From Clostridia bacterium (GTDB lineage: Bacteria > Bacillota > Clostridia > Oscillospirales > CAG-272), in the NCBI GenBank assembly GCA_017379815.1, contig JAFNVK010000129.1, positions 1 to 31,116 of the forward strand: 31,116 bases of DNA, read 5' to 3'. Under the pieces are notes generated by a model. It saw only the letters and a list, made by a program, of their open reading frames with translations, was not told the DNA's origin and made no database searches. Within the stretch, counting starts at the first letter, position 1, and each line of letters opens with the position of its first letter. Positions 22,901 to 31,116 of the stretch are shown piece by piece. The position numbers and the translations under genes were made by a program.

Positions 22901-23749
22901 TTATTCGTGATTGAGTGCCGCGCCGATGACCGTGCCGAACTGCGCATTCTCGGGAATGAGGAAGCGCACGCCAAAGCTGTCCGAAAGATTTTCAAAGACG
23001 TAGCGAATGGGCGCGATGGTGGTGAGGTTTCCGGTCAGCACGATGCGGGAAAGGTTGAAATTCCGTGCGGCAAAGACTGCGAGCATCGCAATGGTCTCGG
23101 CCACCATGTTGGTGATGCCGAGCGCGAGGTCGGAGGGAGTCGCCAGATCCGAGACCTTGCCGAAGTTTGCGGCGGTCAGGTTTTCGTTCACGCCCTGATA
23201 GGGGCGATGCTTGGCGATGTCCTTGATGCGCAGGTCAATGTTGTCGAGGTTGCCGTCGGCGCAGAGCTGCTCGATGTGGTCAATGCTGTCCACGCCCAGA
23301 AGCTTGCGGGAGAGGCCGACCACCGTGCCTCCGCCAACGCCCGTTCCGCCAAGGTACTTGATCTGATACTTCTCGCCTTCCTTTTTCGCGTAGATCAGAG
23401 CCGTGCCCGTTCCCATGCTCACCACGATGGCCTCGTCAAGGCCGGAGAGATAGAGTCCTCCGATGCCGATGGAGGAAAATTCCGGAACGGCGTAGCAGGG
23501 AAGGTTATAGATGGGCTTTGCCAGATGCGCAGCACCTGCACCCGTGGTGTGGATGCGCGCAATATCGGATAGCTCCAGGCCGTTTTGCGCGGTAAATTTA
23601 CCAAAAGCGCCGTAGACCGAGGTCAAGGGATCGGTGGCGCGAACGAACTGCGGATGGATGAGCTCCTTATTTCCGCTTTTGTCCGTACGGAAGCCAACGA
23701 TCTTGGTCGTCGTGCCTCCAACGTCGATTCCGATTACGGTTTTGTTCAT
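22901..23749 (-). CDS. coaW: Type II pantothenate kinase
   Basis: IGIDVGGTTTK, TGAG, EFSSIGIG, SMGTGT, GGTGVGGGT; RBS GGAGGTG 8 nt before the ATG. Confidence 0.82.
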   Translation of the reverse strand: MNKTVIGIDVGGTTTKIVGFRTDKSGNKELIHPQFVRATDPLTSVYGAFGKFTAQNGLELSDIARIHTTGAGAAHLAKPIYNLPCYAVPEFSSIGIGGLYLSGLDEAIVVSMGTGTALIYAKKEGEKYQIKYLGGTGVGGGTVVGLSRKLLGVDSIDHIEQLCADGNLDNIDLRIKDIAKHRPYQGVNENLTAANFGKVSDLATPSDLALGITNMVAETIAMLAVFAARNFNLSRIVLTGNLTTIAPIRYVFENLSDSFGVRFLIPENAQFGTVIGAALNHE

Positions 23750-23801
23750 GACGGGGTCACCTCCAAGGGAAATCAAGAATTCTTGGAAAAATCTTTATTT
23801 T

Positions 23802-23830
23802 ATTATAGCATTTACTTGTAAAAAATGCAA
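23802..23830 (-). promoter_or_regulatory. Sigma-A promoter of the pantothenate kinase gene
   Basis: On the minus strand: TTGCAT, 17 nt, TGcTATAAT. Confidence 0.8.
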
Positions 23831-23844
23831 CCTTATGATATAAT
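23816..23844 (+). promoter_or_regulatory. Sigma-A promoter of rqcH-trxB-hydrolase
   Basis: TTGTAA (23816-23821), 17 nt, TGaTATAAT (23836-23844). Confidence 0.8.
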
Positions 23845-23898
23845 ATTTTTGAAAGTTTTTTCTGCGCGCTTGCGCGGAGGAAAGAAGGAGGTGGAGAT

Positions 23899-25665
23899 AT
23901 GGCTTTTGATGCGGGAATGCTGCGCTGCGTGCTTGCCGAGATCCGTGAGCGATCGGTCGGGGCAAGGGTGGAAAAGGTTTTTCAGCCCGAACGGGATGAG
24001 ATCGTCCTGCTTTTGCGAGGACCTGACGGCGGAAGCCGCCTGTTGATCAACGCAGGCTCGGGAAATCCGCGCATGGGCTTTACCTCCTCCGCAAAGGAAA
24101 ATCCCGCCGTCCCCCCCATGCTCTGTATGCTTTTGCGCAAGCATTTGCAGGGAGCAAGGCTTTGCGATGCCCGACAGGAGGGCTTTGAGCGCGTGGCCTG
24201 CCTGGAGTTTGAGGGGCGTGACGAGATGGGATTTTCCTCCCGTCGCTATCTGATCGTGGAGCTGATGGGCAAATACAGCAATCTGATCTTTGCCAACGAG
24301 GACAAAAAGATCCTTGCCGCATTGCGGACGGTAGATTTTTCCACCTCTGCCTTGCGCCAGGTCCTTCCGGGAATGCTCTACGAGCTTCCCCCAAAGCAAA
24401 ACAAGCAGGATCCTCTCCTTGCCACCGAGGCGGAGTTTGACCGCCTTTGGGATGCCGCAGGCAGGGATCTGCCGCTCAATAAATGGATCAGCACATCCTT
24501 CCTCGGCATTTCGGCCGCCGTTGCGCGCGAGATCGCCTACCTTGCCACGGGCGAATGCGATCCCATTCTTGCCGACTGCGCGCGAGAAAGCGTACGCGAG
24601 GTCTTTCTCTCCTTCTTTGCCCGTGTGCGGGAGGAACAATTCTCGCCCTGCATGATCCTGGACGGCGAAAAGCCCGTGGAATACGCCTTTTGCACGCTTT
24701 CCCAGTATACGTCGCCGCTTACCTGCCGCGACTTTGCAAGCGCGGGGCAGCTGCTGGACGCCTTTTTTGAGACGCGCGACCGAGAGGCGCACGTCAAGCA
24801 GCGCGCGGCCGATATTCTGCATATTCTGACCAACGCCGATACGCGCCTGCGCAAGAAGCTTCAGCTGCAGCGCGAGGAGCTTTCCGCTTGCGAGAAGGGC
24901 GAGGAATACCGCAGAGCCGCCGATCTCATTACGGCAAATCTCTATCAGCTGTCTCGCGGAATGTCCCGCGTGGAGCTGACCGACTATGCGGATTACCGCG
25001 AGGACGGAAGCTTTGGCACCTGCGTGATCACGCTGGACACACGCCTCTCCCCCTCGGCAAACGCGCAGGTCTACTATAAGAAATACAACAAGACCAAGAC
25101 CGCACGCGTGGAGCTTGCCAAGCAGATCGCCCTTGGCGAAGCGGAGCTTCGCTACGTGGACACCGTCTTTGATGCGCTGACGCACGCCGAAACGGCGGCC
25201 GACCTGCAGGAGATCCGCGACGAGCTTTACCGCTCGGGCTACGCTTCACGCATGAAGCATTACGTTGCTCCTCAGAAGAATAAAGCTCCCGCGGTGGCAC
25301 AGTTTTTGACCTCGGGCGGCTTCCGCGTCTATTGCGGCAAGAACAATCTGCAAAACGAATATATCACGCACAAGCTGGCAGGGAAGCAGGATTACTGGTT
25401 CCACGTCAAGAACCTCCCGGGCTCGCATACGGTGATGCTCCTGGAGGGGCGCGAGCCCTCGGTGGAGGATTTCACCGAGGCCGCCGAGATCGCCGCCTAC
25501 TTCTCGAAGGGGGCGGACGGCGACAACGTGGAGGTGGATTACACCCGCGTCAAGGACGTCAAAAAGCCTGCGGGAGCAAAGCCCGGCTTTGTGATCTATC
25601 ATACCAACTGGTCCTGCGTGGTCACGCCGAGCGCGGAGCGCGTCAAGGCACGCCGCGTGAAGTAA
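23899..25665 (+). CDS. rqcH: NFACT family ribosome quality control protein RqcH/Rqc2 (FbpA/PavA-like)
   Basis: MAFDAG, VEKVFQP, LLRKHL, ELMGKYSNLI, YYKKYNKTK, GKNNLQNE, WFHVKNLPGSH, VDYT...KPGFVIY. Confidence 0.93.
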   Translation: MAFDAGMLRCVLAEIRERSVGARVEKVFQPERDEIVLLLRGPDGGSRLLINAGSGNPRMGFTSSAKENPAVPPMLCMLLRKHLQGARLCDARQEGFERVACLEFEGRDEMGFSSRRYLIVELMGKYSNLIFANEDKKILAALRTVDFSTSALRQVLPGMLYELPPKQNKQDPLLATEAEFDRLWDAAGRDLPLNKWISTSFLGISAAVAREIAYLATGECDPILADCARESVREVFLSFFARVREEQFSPCMILDGEKPVEYAFCTLSQYTSPLTCRDFASAGQLLDAFFETRDREAHVKQRAADILHILTNADTRLRKKLQLQREELSACEKGEEYRRAADLITANLYQLSRGMSRVELTDYADYREDGSFGTCVITLDTRLSPSANAQVYYKKYNKTKTARVELAKQIALGEAELRYVDTVFDALTHAETAADLQEIRDELYRSGYASRMKHYVAPQKNKAPAVAQFLTSGGFRVYCGKNNLQNEYITHKLAGKQDYWFHVKNLPGSHTVMLLEGREPSVEDFTEAAEIAAYFSKGADGDNVEVDYTRVKDVKKPAGAKPGFVIYHTNWSCVVTPSAERVKARRVK

Positions 25666-25693
25666 CGAAACGAAAAAGAAAGAGGAATCGATC

Positions 25694-26608
25694 ATGATCT
25701 ACGATATTATCATCATTGGAGCAGGTCCTGCCGGAATGACGGCCGCTCTTTACGCCCTGCGCGCGGAGAAGTCCGTGCTGATCCTGGACGGAAACGGCTA
25801 CGGCGGACAGATCGCCCAATCCCAGGGCGTGGAGAATTATCCCGGTATTCCCATGGTCAACGGTATGGACTTTGCCGACGCGCTGATGGGACAGATCCAG
25901 GCCCTTGGCGTGGAGATGGAGTTTGCCCTGGCCACCGCGATCCGCAAGGAGGGCGACCTCTTTACCGTAGAGAGCGACGGTGGAAGCTTTGAAGGGCGCT
26001 CGGTGATCCTGGCGACCGGTCTGAAGCACCGCAAGCTGGGGGCTGAGGGCGAGGAGCGCTTCCTTGGCCGCGGCGTATCCTTCTGTGCCGTTTGTGACGG
26101 AGCCTTCTTCCGCCGTATGGACGTGGCGGTCGTTGGCGGCGGAAATACCGCCGTGCAGGACGCGCTCTATCTGGCCGAGATCTGCTCGAAGGTCTATCTC
26201 ATTCACCGCAGGGATCAGTTCCGCGCCGAGGAGGCCGTGGTTGCACGCCTGAAGGATCATCCCAACATCACCTGCGTGATGGAAAGCGCCGTGGTCTCCA
26301 TGAACGGCGACACCGCTCTGCGCTCGCTGACGCTGGAGAACCGCAGAACGGGAGAGCGCTCCACGCTGGAGGTTGCTGCCGTATTTGAGGCGGTCGGCAT
26401 GGAAACGCAGAGTGCCGCCTTCTCCGATCTGGTCAAGCTGGACGGAGACGGGTATCTTCTGGCAGGGGAGGATTGCAAGACCTCGGTTGCCGGACTCTTT
26501 GCGGCAGGAGACTGCCGACAGAAGGCGATCCGCCAGCTGACCACTGCCGTTTGTGACGGAACGGTTGCCGCACTTGCCGCGATGGATTACCTCAAGGAGC
26601 TTGCCTGA
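25694..26608 (+). CDS. trxB: Thioredoxin reductase
   Basis: GAGPAG, ENYPG, ATG, CAVCDG (CxxC), GGGNTA, HRRD, FAAGD. Confidence 0.9.
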   Translation: MIYDIIIIGAGPAGMTAALYALRAEKSVLILDGNGYGGQIAQSQGVENYPGIPMVNGMDFADALMGQIQALGVEMEFALATAIRKEGDLFTVESDGGSFEGRSVILATGLKHRKLGAEGEERFLGRGVSFCAVCDGAFFRRMDVAVVGGGNTAVQDALYLAEICSKVYLIHRRDQFRAEEAVVARLKDHPNITCVMESAVVSMNGDTALRSLTLENRRTGERSTLEVAAVFEAVGMETQSAAFSDLVKLDGDGYLLAGEDCKTSVAGLFAAGDCRQKAIRQLTTAVCDGTVAALAAMDYLKELA

Positions 26609-26610
26609 CC

Positions 26611-27558
26611 ATGGCAGAAGCGATCCTGATCACCGTAGGCGTTCTGCTTCTGCTTTGCGCCGCGATCACGGTGTACGCGTATTTTTCAGCCTTTCATATA
26701 TCCAACAAACGAAAGGCCAATCCCCCCGAGCTTCCAACGGGGGAGCAGTACCTGCCGCATCAGGCGAACACGATCCGTCTGGTAGCCGATATGCGAGCCT
26801 ATCCGACCGAGAGGATCACGATCCGCGCCGCGGACGGCGTCCGTCTTTCTGCACGCTATTTTCACGTGCGTGACGGCGCTCCCGTGGAGATCCAGTTCCA
26901 TGGATACAGAAGCAATCCCATTTACGATTTCTGCGGGGGAAGCGAGCTGACCCGTGCCCGCGGCTACAACGCGATCATGGTGGACCAGCGCTCCCACGGC
27001 GAGAGCGAGGGCAACGTCATTTCCTTCGGTCTGCGCGAGCGCTATGACGTCAAGGCATGGGCGGAGTACGCCGCCGAGCGCTTTGGCAAGGACTGTCCCG
27101 TGGTGCTGACGGGCGTTTCGATGGGCGCCGCCACGGTGCTGATGGCTTCGGCCCTTCCTCTGCCCGAAAACGTGGTGGGCATCATTGCCGATTGCCCCTA
27201 TTCCTCACCCAAGGCCGTTATTCAGAAGGTCTGTCGGGATATGCATTTTCCCGTGCGGCTGACCTATCCCTTTCTTCGACTCGGTGCTCGTCTGTTCGGC
27301 GGCTTTTCCTTGAGCGATGAGGGAGCCGTGGATGCAGTCAAGGAGAGCCGCGTGCCGATCCTGGTGATTCACGGTGAGGACGATCGCTTCGTCCCCTGCG
27401 AAATGAGCCGTGAGATCGCAAAGGCCGCACCCGAAAAGGTGAGGCTTGAGACCTTTCCCGGGGCGGGGCACGCGCTGAGCTATATGCTCGATCCCGTGCG
27501 CTACCGCCGCGTGACCGCGGAGTTTTTGCAGCGTTGCCTTGATGCAAAGCGCAGTTAA
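26611..27558 (+). CDS. Membrane-anchored alpha/beta hydrolase
   Basis: N-terminal TM segment; FHGY, DQRSHGESEG, GVSMG nucleophile elbow, HGEDD, GAGH. Confidence 0.9.
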   Translation: MAEAILITVGVLLLLCAAITVYAYFSAFHISNKRKANPPELPTGEQYLPHQANTIRLVADMRAYPTERITIRAADGVRLSARYFHVRDGAPVEIQFHGYRSNPIYDFCGGSELTRARGYNAIMVDQRSHGESEGNVISFGLRERYDVKAWAEYAAERFGKDCPVVLTGVSMGAATVLMASALPLPENVVGIIADCPYSSPKAVIQKVCRDMHFPVRLTYPFLRLGARLFGGFSLSDEGAVDAVKESRVPILVIHGEDDRFVPCEMSREIAKAAPEKVRLETFPGAGHALSYMLDPVRYRRVTAEFLQRCLDAKRS

Positions 27559-27569
27559 ACCTTGTTTTC

Positions 27570-27590
27570 AGAATATTCAAAGAATATTCA
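27570..27590. repeat. Tandem agaatattca direct repeat (11-bp period, each unit containing the palindrome GAATATTC)
   Basis: Exact copies at 27570-27579 and 27581-27590, immediately upstream of a -35 box. Confidence 0.7.
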
Positions 27591-27591
27591 C

Positions 27592-27619
27592 TTGAAACAC
27601 AGGTTGTTTGTGGTATAAT
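27592..27619 (+). promoter_or_regulatory. Sigma-A promoter of the ABC transporter pair
   Basis: TTGAAA (27592-27597), 16 nt, TGgTATAAT (27611-27619). Confidence 0.7.
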
Positions 27620-27671
27620 ATAACGTTGTATAATTTTGGAAACAGAAGGGAAGTGTGATCGGACCTTGGCG

Positions 27672-29420
27672 ATGATCAAGAGATTGGCGAGGTGCGTGCG
27701 GGAATACAAGCTGCCCGCGGTGCTGACGCTGATATTTATTTTGGGAGAGGCAGTTATCGAAACGCTGATCCCCTTTATCACAGCAGACCTGATCAGCAAC
27801 ATCAAGGACGGTGCGGGTATGCCGCAGATCGTGCAAACGGGCTTGCTCCTTGTGCTGATGGCTCTGCTTTCGCTCGCTTGCGGCGGTATTGCAGGCTTTA
27901 CCTGCGCAAAGGCGGCGGCAGGATTCTCCAAGAATCTGCGCCACGATCTTTTTGCAAAGGTGCAGACCTATTCCTTTGCCAACATGGATAAGTTCTCCTC
28001 CTCCTCGCTGGTCACCCGTATGACCACCGACGTGGTCAACGTGCAGATGTCCTTTATGATGCTGATCCGAACGGCGATCCGCAGTCCGCTTCTGCTCATC
28101 TTCTCGGTCGTCATGGCCTTTGTGATGGGAGGAAGTCTGGCCTTCACCTTCATCATCGTGATCCCCGTTCTTGGCGGCGGACTTCTCCTGATCGCCAAGA
28201 AGGCAATGCCTGCCTTCCACGCCGTATTCCGCAAGTATGACCGACTCAACGAATCCATTGAGGAGAACGTTCGTGCCATGCGCGTGGTCAAGGGCTTTTC
28301 GCGTGAAAACCATGAGAAGGAAAAATTTGACGGCGCGGCCGAGACCATTCGCATGGACTTTACCCGTGCCGAGCGCATCGTGGCGCTGAATACGCCCCTG
28401 ATGCAGCTGTGCATGTATTTTAACATGGTCATGATCCTTTTGATCGGCTCGAGCATTGCGATCAGCTGCGGAGGAGATCCCTTTGACGTGGGTCAGATCT
28501 CTGCCATGCTGACCTACGGCGTGCAGATCCTGATGTCCTTGATGATGCTCTCCATGATCTTCGTGATGCTGACCATGTCGGCCGAGTCGGCAAGACGTAT
28601 TTACGAGGTTCTGGGCGAGGAATCCACGCTTCAAAACCCTGAAGATCCCGTGACCGAGGTAGTTGACGGATCGATCGACTTCGATCACGTCAGCTTTAAG
28701 TACGCCGAAACGGCGAAGCGCAATTCGCTCTCGGATATCGATCTGCACATCCGATCGGGCATGACCGTCGGTATCATTGGCGGAACGGGCTCGGGCAAGA
28801 CCTCGCTCGTACAGCTTATTCCGCGTCTTTATGACGTCACCGAGGGGTGCGTCAAGGTCGGCGGTCTTGACGTTCGAGCCTATGATCTGGACACCCTGCG
28901 CGGCGCGGTTGCGATGGTTCTGCAGAAGAATCTTCTTTTCTCGGGCACAATTCGCGAGAATTTGCGCTGGGGTAACGAAAACGCCACCGACGAGGAGATC
29001 CGCGAGGCCTGCCGCCTGTCGCAGGCAGACGAATTCGTCATGTCCTTCCCGGACGGCTACGATACCAAGATCGAGCAGGGCGGAACGAACGTCTCGGGCG
29101 GACAAAAGCAGAGGCTTTGTATTGCCAGAGCCCTGTTGAAGAAGCCCAAGATCCTGATCCTCGACGACTCCACGAGCGCCGTGGATACCAAGACCGACGC
29201 CCTGATCCGCGAGGGCTTCCGTTCTTATATTCCCGATACCACCAAGATCATTATCGCTCAGCGAATCGCCTCGGTGGAAAAGGCGGATATGATCATCGTG
29301 ATGAACAACGGGGCAGTGGAGGCCGTGGGTAACCACGAGCAGCTCCTTGCCACCAATGACATCTATCGCGAGGTCTATGAGCAGCAAACGAACGGAGGTG
29401 GGCAGAATGACGAAGAATAA
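27672..29420 (+). CDS. ABC exporter half-transporter (TMD-NBD fusion), degenerate-site subunit
   Basis: TMD followed by Walker A GGTGSGKT, signature VSGGQ and Walker B ILDDS (Asp in place of the catalytic Glu). TTG 27666 is an alternative start. Confidence 0.93.
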   Translation: MIKRLARCVREYKLPAVLTLIFILGEAVIETLIPFITADLISNIKDGAGMPQIVQTGLLLVLMALLSLACGGIAGFTCAKAAAGFSKNLRHDLFAKVQTYSFANMDKFSSSSLVTRMTTDVVNVQMSFMMLIRTAIRSPLLLIFSVVMAFVMGGSLAFTFIIVIPVLGGGLLLIAKKAMPAFHAVFRKYDRLNESIEENVRAMRVVKGFSRENHEKEKFDGAAETIRMDFTRAERIVALNTPLMQLCMYFNMVMILLIGSSIAISCGGDPFDVGQISAMLTYGVQILMSLMMLSMIFVMLTMSAESARRIYEVLGEESTLQNPEDPVTEVVDGSIDFDHVSFKYAETAKRNSLSDIDLHIRSGMTVGIIGGTGSGKTSLVQLIPRLYDVTEGCVKVGGLDVRAYDLDTLRGAVAMVLQKNLLFSGTIRENLRWGNENATDEEIREACRLSQADEFVMSFPDGYDTKIEQGGTNVSGGQKQRLCIARALLKKPKILILDDSTSAVDTKTDALIREGFRSYIPDTTKIIIAQRIASVEKADMIIVMNNGAVEAVGNHEQLLATNDIYREVYEQQTNGGGQNDEE

Positions 29421-31116
29421 GCAGTCTATGCCTATGGGCGCAAGACCTCCTAAGAGAAAGCTGAACGGAAACGTGCTCAAGCGCCTGCTCAAGATGCTCT
29501 TTAAGGCATATCCCGTTCTGCTCCCGCTCTCCATCCTGTGTATTCTCTTTACGGCGATCGTTTCCACCATTCCCTCGATCTTTTTGCAGAAGGTGACCGA
29601 GACGGTGCAGCTCTACCAGCCCACCAAGGATTGGGCGGCGGCATCCGAGATCATCATTCCGCAGGTGATCACCCTGATCGTCCTGTACGTCTTTTCGATT
29701 ATTTCCATTACGCTTGAGAGCCAGCTGATGGCCTATATCACGCAGGGCTTCCTCTACAAGATGCGTAAGGCGATGTTCGATCGGATGCAGGATCTCCCCA
29801 TCAAGTATTTCGATACGCACAAGCACGGCGATATCATGAGCTATTATACCAACGATATCGATACGCTCCGTCAGCTTGTGTCGCAGTCGATGCCTACCAT
29901 CATCCGTGCGTCGGTCATCGTCATTTCGGTCCTGTCGATCATGCTGTATTACAGCGTCTGGCTCACGCTCCTGCTTCTGGTTGGCGTGGTCTTTATGGTG
30001 CTGGTCTCCAAAAAGGTCGGCGGCGGCTCTGCACGCTTCTTCATCAAGCTGCAGCGCTCGGTTGGCGGACTTGAGGGCTACGTGCAGGAGATGATGAACG
30101 GACAAAAGGTCGTCAAGGTCTTTAGCCACGAGGAGCAGGCACAGAAGGATTTTGACGAGGTCAACGAAGCGCTCTTCCAGAACGCCTACCGCGCAAACGC
30201 CTATGCGAATATGCTCGGCCCGATCATCATGAACATCGGTAACGTGATGTACGTGATCGTAGCGGTCGTCGGAGGACTGCTGATGGCGGCAAACGTGCCG
30301 AACCTCAGCCTTTCGGGTCTTGCTCTCGGCGTGGACATTATCGTCCCGTTCCTCAACATGACCAAGCAGTTTACGGGTAACATCAACCAGTTCTCCCAGC
30401 AGATCAACTCCATCGTCATGGCAATGGCGGGAGCTGAGCGCGTCTTTGAGCTGATGGATCAGTCCCCCGAGGTAGATGACGGCTACGTCACCCTGGTCAA
30501 CGCCACGGTGGATGCCGAAGGAAACGTCCGCGAGGCCGATCACCACACCGGCGTTTGGGCATGGAAGCATCCGCACAGCGCGGACGGAAGCATCACCTAT
30601 ACGCTTCTGCGCGGCGACGTGCGCATGACCGAGGTCGACTTTGGCTACGAGGAAGGGAAGACCGTTCTGCATGACGTCAGCGTCTTTGCCGAGCCCGGAC
30701 AGAAGGTCGCCTTCGTTGGCGCAACGGGCGCCGGAAAGACCACCATCACCAACCTCATCAACCGCTTCTATGATATTGCCGACGGCAAGATCCGTTACGA
30801 CGGCATCAATATCAACAAGATCCGCAAGTCGGATCTGCGCCGCTCGCTCGGTATCGTTTTGCAGGATACCAACCTCTTTACGGGTACCGTTATGGAGAAC
30901 ATTCGTTACGGCAATCTGGATGCTACCGATGAGGAGTGCATTCGTGCCGCAAAGCTTGCGGGTGCGGACGATTTCATCACCCGTTTGCCCGGCGGATATG
31001 AGACCGAGCTTTCCAACAACGGAAGCAACTTGTCGCAGGGCCAGCGCCAGCTGATCGCCATCGCCCGTGCAGCGGTTGCCGATCCGCCCGTGATGATCCT
31101 GGATGAGGCCACCTCC
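29407..31116 (+). CDS. ABC exporter half-transporter (TMD-NBD fusion), 3'-truncated; absent from the ORF track because there is no stop
   Basis: RBS ggaggtg before ATG 29407, overlapping the upstream gene end; open to the window end; Walker A GATGAGKTT, signature LSQGQRQ, Walker B ILDEATS. Confidence 0.93.
   Translation, partial: MTKNKQSMPMGARPPKRKLNGNVLKRLLKMLFKAYPVLLPLSILCILFTAIVSTIPSIFLQKVTETVQLYQPTKDWAAASEIIIPQVITLIVLYVFSIISITLESQLMAYITQGFLYKMRKAMFDRMQDLPIKYFDTHKHGDIMSYYTNDIDTLRQLVSQSMPTIIRASVIVISVLSIMLYYSVWLTLLLLVGVVFMVLVSKKVGGGSARFFIKLQRSVGGLEGYVQEMMNGQKVVKVFSHEEQAQKDFDEVNEALFQNAYRANAYANMLGPIIMNIGNVMYVIVAVVGGLLMAANVPNLSLSGLALGVDIIVPFLNMTKQFTGNINQFSQQINSIVMAMAGAERVFELMDQSPEVDDGYVTLVNATVDAEGNVREADHHTGVWAWKHPHSADGSITYTLLRGDVRMTEVDFGYEEGKTVLHDVSVFAEPGQKVAFVGATGAGKTTITNLINRFYDIADGKIRYDGININKIRKSDLRRSLGIVLQDTNLFTGTVMENIRYGNLDATDEECIRAAKLAGADDFITRLPGGYETELSNNGSNLSQGQRQLIAIARAAVADPPVMILDEATS

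Noticed and set aside
27598-27619. ACCACA/AACAAC similarity (reverse strand) to the BMC operator in the ABC promoter
   Set aside because: Half-site spacing is 7 rather than 10 bp, the flanks do not match, and it overlaps the extended -10 TG, so it is probably chance.

Overview
Chromosomal window from a GC-rich, Clostridia-like Firmicute; the taxonomy is inferred from consensus sigma-A promoters and gene content. In order: (1) the 3' part of thrS; (2) a four-gene operon with its own promoter and terminator, encoding an acyl carrier protein, an MBOAT ending in a DltX-like FIYNQF motif, an SGNH/DltD-like protein with Cys in place of the usual catalytic Ser, and a lipoprotein, which looks like a Dlt/Alg-style envelope acylation system with no adenylating ligase; (3) an orphan ORF and a Cof-type HAD phosphatase; (4) a ~16 kb glycyl-radical bacterial microcompartment locus of the GRM5 (fucose/rhamnose to 1,2-propanediol to propionate/propanol) type, driven by two promoters that share operator-like motifs. 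It contains a B12-independent propanediol dehydratase and activase, PduU, PduV, an aldolase, a GlcG-like protein, a Zn dehydrogenase, four BMC-H, EutN, PduS, PduT, a DeoR regulator, AckA, PduP, PduL and an Fe-ADH; (5) housekeeping genes: type II pantothenate kinase, rqcH, trxB, an alpha/beta hydrolase and a heterodimeric ABC exporter pair truncated at the window end. No tRNA, rRNA, CRISPR array or mobile element was recognised. All calls come from manual motif reading; no database searches were run.
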